In this document: piece by piece, positions 39,601 through 51,084 of the stretch
How positions within the stretch are numbered: position 1 is the first letter of the stretch
Layout of the letters: each line of letters begins with the position of its first letter
Origin: Callorhinchus milii
Taxonomy: Eukaryota
Direction: 5' to 3'
Length of the DNA: 64,000 nt
Assembly (NCBI RefSeq): GCF_018977255.1
Contig: NW_024704742.1
Span: forward strand, 88,104,001-88,168,000
Program-made: the position numbers and the translations under genes
Notes under the pieces: model-generated
Databases searched by the model: none
What the model was told of the DNA's origin: nothing
The model's input: the letters and a program-made list of their open reading frames with translations, nothing else

Positions 39601-42600
39601 AAACTAAGAAAAGTTGTTTTATTAATTAACACAATTTTTCATACAGTAGAATATCCAAATATCTTTAACTGCAACCGGCCCCATTGTAGATAAGCAAACT
39701 GCGGATAATCGGACATCACGTAAAATAATAATTGCAGGTATTACATTTTTGAAGAACGACCTTAATGATATCTAACTATAGGTGGGCATTGTTTTCAGAA
39801 TTCCTAAATGGGGAAACTTTATATTGAAAGAACTCGCTCCAGTCCGGTGTTCTCCTCTACACAATACCAGCTAAAATATGTGTATTTAAAAAGGATGATC
39901 ACAATAATATTCACACAATTTCCCCTACACCTGACATAAAATCAGCATTACCCTTTAGTAATTTTTGTGACATTAACTCCATTTTGTCAGCCAAAATAAG
40001 AATAACAAAGTCACAATATTGTCCTCTTTATTCAAATAGTATTGGTCAAGAAAACAGTTTCTGACTCTGATATAATTACAAGTTTTATCATTAGGTTACA
40101 TGAAAGCATATTTTGTTATTATAGAACTGAAGAGTCGAGATATCAAAATCATTAAAGCTTTCCAACACTGAAGGAGTGAATGCTCCCAAACAACTCAAAT
40201 TTACCTTGGTCAAACTCAGTATTTCATATTTATCAAATTGCATTCAGTTTACTTTCTGTAAACACTTTCAGTCATAACCGTTCTGCCCTCTGCAATAGAT
40301 AAGATGAGGCATATGTTTCCCATTGATATACAGGGAAGTGCTTGTTCCAGCATCAATAGGATTCCCAACTTCATACCAGGTGCAGTGTTAGGACATTAAC
40401 AGCTATCAAGAAAGATTTGAGGAAGGGAACACTTCAGAAGCAATCCCCCACTACTCCAATGTTCCCTTGCAAAGTTAATGTTGGACCCAGGTGAAATTAC
40501 ACAGGGCCTGAAAAACATGTAGTATAGGTTTATTTAGTGTTTTTTAAAAAAAACTTTGATACCAACTGGATTGTCTTTGTTATTCCTACGTAATTAAAAT
40601 AAATGACTGACTGGCTTGACCATGTTCCCAAAATGGCAGGAGCCAGGAAAGATATTGCGGTTCCTTTATAGCCAAACCTCTTATGATGATTTTTCAATTA
40701 CTACCGTCAGGGATTCCAAAACACCCACCAGCGCAGAAGACTGCTTATGCACACAATATTATTCAATACATTTACAATACTAGCGACAGTAAGAAACGTA
40801 AGACATGGATTTGATCCCTCAGCATGAAGACAAAGCACCTATGTTATATTTGAACTGAGAACATTGCTAACAGTTTATAAATAAAACATCTTGCTCAATT
40901 TGCTTTATTTTTTTACTAAAACTGCCAGTTTTATTTACATCAATAGTTGCATGACCAAATATAAATTTCTGTCTACTCTCCAAGTTGCCAACTGCTCTTA
41001 GAGTGGTGTTTTTGTTACTGTATGTGGCAAACCATTTTATTTGCCTATTAATCTGGCAGAAACATATGTTATCAGCAAAGCCATGCATGCTCAGATACTG
41101 GCTGTCGATTTTCAATTCTAAGCAGAATGTACTTCATTTTAACTAGCACTTGTTCATTTATGACAAAATAATTCTGCAACAGAGTAGCAAAAAAGGAGAT
41201 ATTCACACCATTACAAAATAAATCTGAATAATAAAACAGAAACCTCTCTACAAAGTTACTACAAAGTGTACACATGGAAGCAGAAATGTTATTCAAAATT
41301 GTTTACACCAAGAACAAATGCTTCCTTTTAACGTATCTGAATGTTTGTTAGAGCTATTATTTATAGTACAGTTGTTCCTTCAGTTGTCTCCTCACCACCC
41401 CCACTTTTTTTTCTTCATAAGAACCCATTTGAAGCAAGGGTTTGAACAGCTCAGAACAAGCAGACACTTGAACATACTACCACCTGCCAGAAGCACAAAG
41501 ACCCAACTTTCTACAGTACTTCTCTTCGGAAGGAACCTTTATTTAAGAATACTTCAGGTACAAAACAAAGCCTCCAAAAGTCTTTATCCTACATACAGTA
41601 GTTTAAATTCCATAGAAACAGGAATTCAGGAGTAGAAAAGAAAATTGTGGACCATCTGTGCAAAGTTCAAAGAATTTCATAAAACATCCAATTTCTTTAA
41701 CCCTTCAATCAACTTCTACTATTTTATATACACATTTTATTCAATTGTAACAAAACACCAAGAAAGTTGTATGAGCGTAAACAGTTTTAATCTTCATCAG
41801 ATGGCTTCCAGGCACCATTGCTTTACCACAGATGCCCTAAATGTTGTGCCTTTTACCCATAATTTTAGTTTCTGATGCAGGTTTGAAGAGCATTATGATT
41901 CAGGCAAAAAAGATAATTTAACATCAAACATCTGTGGAAGACTATAAAGCGATATTCGTACAGTTTTTTTTAAAAAAGTTGACAGCATAATATATTACTT
42001 TCAGTTTTTATAGCCACATTAACATTAAAGTATTTTACAGATGCATTTGTATTTGAACCACCATGATTATATGTGAAACAAAGAAAATAGTATTAAAAGC
42101 ATCCCAACAAAAGCCAGAGTCCAAAAAAGTCAATTGAAAATTAAGTTAATTTAAGTTCACATAAATACATTAATTTATTAATGTATACATTAGTTTATTA
42201 ATGTATCTGCCAAAAAAAGTTTTCAAAAACAAATTGTGGCAATATAATTAATAAGAAGTCTTTTTTTTGATAACTGCATTATAATACATGGCAACTTTCA
42301 TTAAAACTCGACATTGAAAAATGCAGCCTACACTCAAATCATACAAAGAAACAGAAAGTTAGACAATAATTCCTTCAAGAAATGTACTGGTAATATTTCA
42401 GTAAAGCCGAATGCAAATTATTTAAAAATAAAAATGATTTAAATTCTGATTGCATTATGCAACTGTCAGAAGCTTTGTAATACTAGCCATCTTTTTTTAA
42501 AAAATCAAATAAACTAGCCTTTTTTGCAATCTTGCCCAAAATACAGTACCTTCAATCTCATTCTGACTTGCAAAGAAACAAATCAACTATTAAAAATGGA

Positions 42601-43809
42601 AATTAAGCACTATTCTTGTAAATAAGGCAAAATAAAACAGAATCCTTCTCCCCGTCCAAGACCTCTAGATCAAACTAATCAATACCAATCTGTTGTACCA
42701 CAAAACAGCCACATTTTTTAAAAAGATCAATTACACCATTGAAAATTTAAAGGAATCTTTGCTAAAACTGAACACCAAAATTAGTTTAGTTCTACCTCAA
42801 ATTATCATTGTCCAAATACCAACAAGATTACATTTGTATAGCGCCTTTCACGTCGGGAGGACAACAAATACTGCTATTCATTAAAACAGTTTGTAAAGTA
42901 ACAAGCAACTCAACTGTTTCACATTGATTAAAACACACTACAAATAGATCTAAACTTTGTCTGCTTTTTTTTAAATTACAATTAAGATCTCTGCTTTCTC
43001 TACTTGAACTAACTCACCACCATTTTGTCCAGTTTTAATAAATTTTTAAAAAACTCTCCCGATGAAACAAAAAAATCACCCAAATCCATCATCATCATCA
43101 TCATCACCAGGGATTGAGCAAAGAAGAAACAAACTATGACTATATTACACATAGTGTATGTGTGTGTGTGGGGGAGGGGGAAGAGAGAGGCTGAGTAAAA
43201 GGAAAAATACCTTTTTGACTACACTCACTAACTCAAAACATAGACTCTTCTAGCCACAAGTACACACCACATAAATAGCAAACATCCTCCGAATAGGGTG
43301 AATAACCTGGAATCAGATCAGGAATCTGAAACATACAACCAGCAAACCAGACAGCAAACACTCAGCACTGGATGGTGACAGGAGAGAACCATGAAAACCC
43401 TCCTCGTCTTCTTATACAAGCACACGAGCAGCACCCCCCAGACCCCCAGATACCTCCAAAACATGAACACTCACATAATAAAATCAAATAAGGGGAGAAA
43501 TAACTCAATTTAAGTAAACACAGCAAAAACAGTGATCGGCAATCTTCAAATATAATAGAAGGGAGATAGTAATGCTGTTGGTTATTTGTTAAACCATAAT
43601 AAACACCAAAAAGATAAATACAACCAGAATGGCGAATAGGAGGTCAGAAGGAGGTGGTTACAAATGCAGTTGAATAATACACAAGAGGGGGAAACACTAA
43701 AATAAACAACATTTATTTTGCAAAGAAACAAACAAGGGAGGCGAGCAGCGAGCTCCTCACAACACGAGCAATTGAGGCTGAACAGGTCCAATCCTTGCTA
43801 TCTTCCTCC

Positions 43810-44388
43810 TTTTCTGCCCCCACACCCCATCTCTCTCTCTCTCTCTCTCTTCCCCTCCCCCTCTATCTCTCTCTCCCCCCCTCCCACACTCCCCCCTCCC
43901 ACTCTCCCCCCCCCCACTCTCTATCTCACCTTCCCTCTCCCCCCCTCTCACCTCCCCCCCACTCTCTATCTCCCCCTCTCTCTTCCCCTCCCTATCTCAC
44001 CCTGCCCCCACTCTCTCACTCACCTCCCCCCCACTCTCTATCTCTCTCCCCCCCTCCCTCCCTCTCCCCCACTCTCTATCTCACTCTCCCCCCCTCCCTC
44101 CCTCTCCCCCACTCTCTATCTCACTCTCCCCCCCTCCCTCCCTCTCCCCCACTCTCTATCTCACTCTCCCCCCCTCCCTCCCTCTCCCCCTCTCTCTATC
44201 TCCCCCTCTCTCTCTCTCCCTCCCCATCTCACCTTTCTCTCCCCTCCCTCTATATCTCTCTTCCTTTCTTTCTCTGCCTTCCTCCCTATCTCTCTCCCCC
44301 CCCCATCTCTCTCTCCCTATCTCTCTCCCCCCTCTCCCTATCTCTCTCTCTCCCCCCTCTCTCCCCATCTCTCTCTCCCCCTCCCTCC
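43810..44388 (+). repeat. CT-rich low-complexity / minisatellite tract
   Basis: Almost pure pyrimidine, with recurring CCCCACTCTCTATCTCAC units. Confidence 0.95.
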
Positions 44389-44522
44389 AAAATAACGACG
44401 ATAAAAATGAACGTGACGGAGATGAATTAAAACCCCCGCAGACATTGCTCTGGTTGCTAAGAGCCGGGAAGCTTGCGGGGCCTGGGGCCGGGTCCCCGGG
44501 CTGGAGAGCCAGCACATACCCA

Positions 44523-45062
44523 CCCTCCCTCCCTCTGGCTCCCTCCCTCCCTCTCCCTGGCTCCCTCCCTCCCTCTCGCTGGCTCTCTCCCTCCCTCCCT
44601 CTCCCTCCCTCTCTCTGGCTCCCTCTCTCTGGCTCTCTCCCTCCCTCCCTCCCTCTCCCTCCCTCTCTCTGGCTCTCTCCCTCCCTCCCTCTGGCTCTCT
44701 CCCTCCCTCCCTCTCCCTCCCTCCCTCTCTCTCTCTCCCTCTGGCTCTCTCCCTCCCTCTCTCTGGCTCTCTCTCTTTCTGGCTCCCTCTCTCTGGCTCT
44801 CTCCCTCCCTCTCTCTGGCTCCCTCTCCCTGGCTCCCTCCCTCCCTTTGGCTCTCTCCCTCCCTCTCCCTGGCTCCCTCCCCCTGGCTCCCTCCCTCTCT
44901 CCCTCTGGCTCCCTCCCTCCCTCTGGCTCCCTCCCTCCCTCCCTCCCTCTGGCTCCCTCCCTCCCTCCCTCTCTCTGGCTCCCTCCCTCCCTCCCTCTGG
45001 CTCCCTCCCTCCCTCCCTCCCTCTGGCTCCCTCCCTCTCTCTGTCTCCCTCCCTCCCTCCCC
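44523..45062 (+). repeat. CT-rich tract built of CCCT and CTGGCT units
   Basis: Directly visible. Confidence 0.95.
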
Positions 45063-45256
45063 AGTTTAAAACATTAGCAGCTGATTATTCGCGTCCACCA
45101 TTGCCAACGTGCGGAGAGAGGGGTAGAAAAAAAAACTCTTTCAAATAAATATATATATATATACACATCATTGTCATCAATAGAAATAAAATGCAGAAAT
45201 AAATAATCCCGGGAAGCAGAGAGGGAGGGAGGGAGGCCCAGGCCCAGCACCGGCCG

Positions 45257-45257
<1 letters not shown>

Positions 45258-45290
<33 letters not shown>

Positions 45291-45298
45291 AGAGAGAG
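45258..45298 (+). repeat. (CA)n(GA)n microsatellite next to the first donor
   Basis: Directly visible. Confidence 0.95.
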
Positions 45299-45313
45299 TG
45301 AGGAGGAGATCAC

Positions 45314-45413
45314 CTGCGCTCCTGTTGTTGGTGGGTAACAGTCGCCAGGACTACGGTGACTATGGCGCTGAGTCACAAGGCAACAGTTGCTATAAGAGCC
45401 CAGCAACCGTCAC
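45314..45413 (-). other. RFX3: Putative non-coding first exon (5' UTR) of an RFX-family transcription factor gene, most like RFX3
   Basis: Minus strand reads GTGACGGTTGCTGGGCTCTTATAGCAACTGTTGCCTTGTGACTCAGCGCCATAGTCACCGTAGTCCTGGCGACTGTTACCCACCAACAAC, which I recall as the conserved RFX3/RFX1-like leader (not aligned). It is CpG-rich, has clustered X-box half-sites, and ends at a candidate donor CAG|GTGATC (GT at 45313-45312). The paralogue assignment is uncertain. Confidence 0.7.
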
Positions 45414-45455
45414 AGCCCCGTGCTGGCCGGAAACACGTCACTGAGTGACACCGGG
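45320..45455 (-). promoter_or_regulatory. CpG-rich TATA-less promoter with X-box cluster, AP-1/ARE, ETS and CRE-like motifs
   Basis: GTCACAAGGCAAC (45372-45384), GTTGCTATAAGAG (45386-45398), CCCAGCAAC (45399-45407), GTCGCCAGGACTAC (45341-45354), GCTGAGTCAC (45367-45376), CCGGAA (45427-45432), CACGTCA (45434-45440), palindrome GTCACT-G-AGTGAC (45437-45449). Confidence 0.75.
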
Positions 45456-45464
45456 CTGAGAGCG

Positions 45465-46570
45465 CGAGAGGGAGAGAGAGGGAGGGAGTGTGGGGGTAGG
45501 GAGGGAGGGGGAGAGAGAGGGAGTGTGAGAGTGAGGGAGTGTGAGAGTGTGAGAGGGAGGGAGTGTGAGAGTGTGGGGGGAGGGAGTGTGAGAGTGTGGG
45601 GGGAGGGAGTGTGAGAGTGTGGGGGGGAGGGAGTGTGAGAGTGTGGGGGGAGGGAGTGTGAGAGTGTGGGGGGGAGGGAGGGAGTGTGTGGGTGAGGGAG
45701 AGAGGGAGTGTGTGGGGGAGGGAGAGAGGGAGTGTGGGTGGGGGAGAGAGGGAGTGTGGGTGGGGGAGAGGGAGTGTGTGGGGGAGAGGGAGTGTGTGGG
45801 GGAGGGAGAGAGGGAGTGTGTGGGTGAGGGAGAGAGGGAGTGTGTGGGTGAGGGAGAGAGGGAGTGTGTGGGTGAGGGAGAGAGAGAGTGTGGGGGGGAG
45901 GGAGAGAGGGAGTGTGGGGGGGAGGGAGAGAGGGAGTGTGGGGGGGAGAGAGGGAGTGTGGGGGGGGGAGAGGGAGTGTGTGGGGGAGGGAGAGAGGGAG
46001 TGTGTGAGGGAGGGAGAGAGGGAGTGTGTGGGGGAGGGAGAGAGGGAGTGTGAGGGAGAGAGGGAGTGTGTGTGTGAGGGAGAGAGGGAGTGTGTGTGAG
46101 GGAGAGAGGGAGTGTGGGGGGGGAGAGGGAGTGTGGGGGGGGGAGAGGGAGTGTGTGGGGGAGGGAGTGTGTGGGGGAGAGAGAGAGGGAGTGTGTGGGG
46201 GAGGGAGAGAGGGAGTGTGTGGGGGAGGGAGAGAGGGAGTGTGTGGGGGAGGGAGAGAGGGAGTGTGGGTGGGGGAGAGAGGGAGTGTGGGTGGGGGAGA
46301 GAGGGAGTGTGGGGGGAGAGGGAGTGTGGGGGGGGAGAGGGAGTGTGTGGGGGAGGGAGAGAGGGAGTGTGTGGGGGAGGGAGAGAGGGAGTGTGGGGGG
46401 GAGAGAGGGAGTGTGGGGGGGAGAGCGAGAGGGAGTGTGTGGGGGAGGGAGAGAGGGAGTGTGAGGGGGAGGGAGGTGGTCATTGAGAAAGAGTGTGAGA
46501 GTGTGGGTATGTGGGAGAGAGGGTGTGGGTGTTTGAGAGGGTGTGGGTGTTTGAGAGGGTGTGGGTGTGC
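45465..46570 (+). repeat. G-rich tract of GAGGGAGTGTG(G)n units
   Basis: Directly visible; almost no C on the plus strand. Confidence 0.95.
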
Positions 46571-46764
46571 TTGTGTTGGAGGGAGGGAGAGAGTGCGTGT
46601 GTCACAAGACAGCGAGGGTTTTTGAGAAAGATGGTGGGGGGGGGATTGCTGTATCAGAGAGGGGTTGTGCATGTGTCAGAGACGGGAAATGCGTGTGTCG
46701 GAGAGAGATGGTGTGTTTGTCTCTGAGAGGGGTGGAGTGTCAGAGAGTGGATGTGTCTGAGAGG

Positions 46765-47190
46765 TTTTTTTTTGGTCCACCAAGTGTCTTGACACATGCG
46801 GACACCCATCTCCATGATTAAGAGAATTCCACGCATCCCACCTACACATTGGAAATCCCAGAGATAGGCTGTTAGAATGGAATGCTCACTCTCTCCTTAG
46901 AGGGATGCTTCCTGCTTACCAAAGTCCAGAAAGACAGGTTGGCAAGAGCCAAGGCTTGGGCACCACAGAATGTTTGTTGGGGTACTGCTGGAGTCCAACC
47001 AGCTAAAACTGCACAGCTTGCCATTGATAGCACCGTCTGGCAAGCTTTCCCGCTCCTTGTCCAGCTAGGACCATCCCGCCCCTACGGGATTTGGCTTCCA
47101 GGTTAACAGGAGCTGAGTAGGAGGATTCCCTGCCCCAGTGACTGATCTGTTCAGCTCCAAGGAGACCATGCTTACCTCCCTTCCCCCAGG
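46765..47190 (-). mobile_element. Family U repeat copy (internally deleted)
   Basis: Colinear with 25389-26000; T-run at the left end. Confidence 0.8.
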
Positions 47191-47590
47191 AGGATAAGGG
47201 GGGGTGTTTGAGTGGGAGAGAGAGTGTGTATGAGACAGTGTGTATCTTAGAAAAGGGGCTGTGCGTTGTCACAAACAGATGGGTTTTGCATGTGTGAGGA
47301 AGAGAGGGTGTGTCTCAGAGAGAGAGAGTGTTCACCTACAAAACACACAGTCACTGCACTTTACATTCTGTGAATAGCTTTGGGATGTCCTTCCCCGCAT
47401 TAAAAGCTCTATAACCAATATAAGGAATATTATTACTTTTCTATCGGGCCTTTCTTCCTTTGTATCAAGAGGAAAGTTTTTTTGGGTGAGGCAACTGTCT
47501 TGACCTGTGTGAAAACCTATTCTTTAACCAGCATAACCAATATCCAAACTAGTCTTCCACATTCCATATCATAACTACTCTGCAGGGAAA

Positions 47591-48406
47591 TTTAGGAAAA
47601 ATGTCAAGACAATTGAGTGGTTGCAGAGATTTACGGGTTAATACCAGGGATGAGTGGTTTGGCATATGAACTGGAAGAACTTTTTTTGCTGGAACAAAAA
47701 AAGGTTGAGGGGTGACTTGATGGAGGTCTTTAGTCAATAGTCAATAGGGAGAAACTATTTCTACCGGTCAGTGAACCAGGAACTAGAGGGCTTCAAATTT
47801 CCCTGTATCTGGACTCAAATGCGCACTCTCCCTGGAGAGACGTCCCTAATTCCAGAGAGAGTTAGACACAGATTGGCGAGAGACAAGACTTGGGGTCCCC
47901 AGAGTGTGAGTTGGAGTACTGCCTCTACACACAGGGCAGCGTCTAAGGGTACTGCTGCAGTTTAACCAGCTAAAATCATAGAAATTTACCACACAGAAAA
48001 GGACATTTATCTGCCCTTTCCCCGTACCTTTGTACAACAAAGACAACTTGTATTTATATAGTGCCCTACATGGTAATGTCTCGGAGCACTTAAAGCTGTT
48101 TATTTTTTAAGGTGTTTTATCTAGTCCCCTTTTGAAGGCCAATAGAGATTCTGTCTCATAGCAGGGCATTCCATATCATAACTACTCTGTGCAGGGAAAT
48201 TTGAAGCCCTCTAGTTCCTGGTTCACTGACCGGTAGAAATAGTTTCTCCCTATTGACTATTGACTAAAGACCTCCATCAAGTCACCCCTCAACCTTTTTT
48301 TGTTCCAGCAAAAAAAGTTCTTCCAGTTCATATGCCAAACCACTCATCCCTGGTATTAACCCGTAAATCTCTGCAACCACTCAATTGTCTTGACGTTTTT
48401 CCTAAA
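47591..48406. repeat. 215-bp near-perfect inverted duplication of a decayed CR1 fragment
   Basis: 47591-47805 versus 48192-48406: one mismatch seen; 386-bp spacer. Confidence 0.93.
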
Positions 48407-48464
48407 GTGGGATGACTAATGCTGGACACAATATTCTAATTGTGGTCTAACTAACAACTTAAAT

Positions 48465-48790
48465 GTGGAATACTGTAGCTTAGTGGTTAGAGCATTCGCC
48501 TTCAAGCGAGAGGACCTGAGTTCGCTTCTCGGGCAGGGCGAAACATTAGGCAAGTTTCCTTACACCACACGCCTCTTTTTACCTAGCAGTAAATAGAAAT
48601 CCAGTTGTTAGTCAATTGGCGGATTGCTTTTCCAGGCGCAATAATCCCTTAAAAAAATAATAACTTTGGTCACTCAATCCACGACTGTTTGGGACACTGC
48701 TGTGCGCAATTGGCTGCTGCGTTTCTCCCACAAAATATATAGTCAATTCACTTTACAGAATATTCTGTGAAACGCTTTGAGACGTCTCAA
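48465..48790 (+). mobile_element. tRNA-derived SINE, long subtype
   Basis: Similarity to the family; tail truncated by the adjacent L2. Confidence 0.9.
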
Positions 48791-48799
48791 ACACAAGAA

Positions 48800-50390
48800 A
48801 CAACAACAACAAAATTACATGTGTAAAACGCCTTTCACGTCGGGAGGATGTCCCAAGGTGCTGAAAGACAGGGATCAGGACTCAAGCGTGGGGGCAGGGT
48901 TAGGATGAGGGAGGGCAGAAGGGGTAGGAAGGAGGCTGAAAGCACAGTCAAAAAGGAGGGTCTTGAGTCATGCCTTGAGGGATGCAAGAGAGGGAGAAAA
49001 GTGAAGGGATTGCGGGATGGAGTTCCAAAGAGTGGGGGCAGAGAGGCTGAAAGCCCGGCCGCCGATGGTAGAGCAGGTCGGGCGCGAGACCTGGAGCAGG
49101 CCAGTGTCTGCTGAGCGGAGGGAGCAGACAGGTTGATAGTGGATCAGCAGGTCAGAGATGTAGGAAGGGGCAAGGCTGTGAAGAGTCTTGAAAGTGAGGA
49201 CAAGGATTTTGAATTCTATCCTCTGAGGGAGCCAGTGGAGCCAGTGGAGCCAGGCGAGGGTGGGGGTGATGGGGTCATGGAGCCTGGTGCAGGGAGAGGA
49301 CATGAGCTGCAGAGTTCTGGATGATCTGCAGCTTGTGGAGGGAAGAGTTGGGGAGTCCAACAAGCAGTGGTTTGCATAGTCGAGGAGCCTCGATGTAATG
49401 AAGGCGTATATGAGGGTTTCAGCGGCCTGTGGTGTGAGACAGTGTCAGAGCCAGGCAACGTTGCGTAGGTGGGGGAAGGCAGAGCGGGTCATGGCATGGA
49501 TATGGGGGAGAAAGGATGTAGAGGTTGAAGAGGAGGGGACAGAGGACAGAGCCCTGAGGAACACCAAACGAGACTGGAAAAGAAACGTTGGTGGAGACAA
49601 ATTGAAGAAGGTATGAGAGATGAGACCTGAACCATTCAAGGACAGAACCTTGAAGCTTGAGGTGAGAGGAGAGTCGGTGGAGGAGGATGGAGAGGTTCAC
49701 GGTATCGAAGGCAGCAGAGAGGTTGAAGACGATGAGGAGGCAGAGGGAGCCCAGGTAACAGATGGACACAATGTTGTTCGTGACCTTGACCAGAGCACGG
49801 AAACCTGCTTGGAGGGGCTCGTGAAGGGAGTAGTAGGAGAGGAATGAGTGAAGCTGAGAAGCAACAACTCTTTCAGCCAGAGCTTGAGGAGAGAATGGGC
49901 GAGGCATGGGAGGGTGGACAGGAGCCGGTTGCGGGAGGAGAATATGAGCCTGGCATTGTTACTTTGCTTCCAAGATTATCATGTAGTAGAAAGGATGATT
50001 TGGTGGAAGCGAGGGTGGAGCGGTACATTTTGATGTGGTCCAGACAGATCTGCTGGTGGACCGTTAGGTCAGACTTGAAGCAGGTGCGTTTGGCAACCCA
50101 CATGTGACCCTTGAGGAAGCAGAGGTAGCTGGTGAACCAGGATAAGGTTCGTGAGTAGGAGGCGGTTTGGGGGAAGAGGGGAAGGAGTTCAGATGACTCG
50201 AGGTCAGTGGGGAGGGATTGCGGGAAGATTTTGTTCCAGGGGCGGTAGGAGATGGAGGTGGGTTTGGTGGCGATGGGGAGAGGGATTGAGGAGTTAAAGG
50301 AGATGAAATGGTAATCAGAAATGGCTTTGTCTGTGATTGTGATATCCGAGACACTGAGGCCACTGGGTAGGACATTGGTTTGACAATTTG
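48800..50390 (-). mobile_element. L2 LINE remnant with internal deletions (endonuclease end to 3' tail)
   Basis: AISDYHFISF, NLSAAFDTV, GVPQGSVLCPLLF, LHWLPQRIEFKILVLTFK. Confidence 0.9.
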
Positions 50391-51084
50391 ACATTGGTTA
50401 CCAAACACGTTACCTTGAAGCCAACTCTGCTCCAAATAGCACCTGCTAACCTCCCCCCACCACCCCCCAAAAAAAGAAGAGGATGTCTGATAGCACTTGA
50501 CACTGCTCACTGAGTGCCTGGTGGGGTGGGGGGAGAAAAGGTGCATTAACATGTATTGCTGATGTGTCATAATGCATTGAGTCAGCAGCAGCTGGGGGCT
50601 TCACCACGCCTGTCACTTTCACCCTAAAACACGCTGATACCCATCCACTTATCCTTTATTTATTTTATTGCAAATGTTAAAAGTAACGGACGTGGTGTGT
50701 CTTACTCAGACTCTCTCTTCTGTTGGGGCTGACTTGTGGCCACCCACAGTGTTTGCTGTTGCCTTGTTAGAGGATGGTGAGAAGCCAGTCTCTGTGTTGG
50801 ACATGGCTTTTAGTGCTCGGCTGGTTCACAGCTCTGTAAACGCTGTACGTTGGCAATTGCACTTCATTGCACGCTCTGCCTGACGATTAGCCTCGCAAGC
50901 ACTCAGCCCCACTCTCCCTGTAACAACAAGATTACATTTGTGTAATGCCTTTCATGTCGGGAGGATGTCCCAAGGCGCTGGACAGTGTACAATATTTAAA
51001 CCAGTTCTCTTTCTGCAAAAAAGTATAAGAATCAGTCTATATGTATAATCGCAAGAGACTTTGTGTGAGAGAGATTTACACAGA

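Larger units (their letters stand above)
1..45313 (-). other. Inferred first intron of the RFX-family gene (continues left of the window)
   Basis: Lies downstream of the candidate donor. No RFX N-terminus (MQTSE/MQNSE-like) or other coding exon was found. Vertebrate RFX3 is known to have a very long first intron. Confidence 0.55.

Noticed and set aside
42165..42206. Tandem AT-rich palindromes ATACATTAATTTATTAATGTAT
   Set aside because: Short, AT-only, easily produced by slippage; no functional evidence.
43718..45077. 200+ aa Pro/Leu/Ser ORFs
   Set aside because: CT-rich simple repeats, open in several frames.
45410..46672. 420-aa ORF and overlapping ORFs
   Set aside because: Translation of a low-complexity G/A/T tract that lacks stops; no domain.
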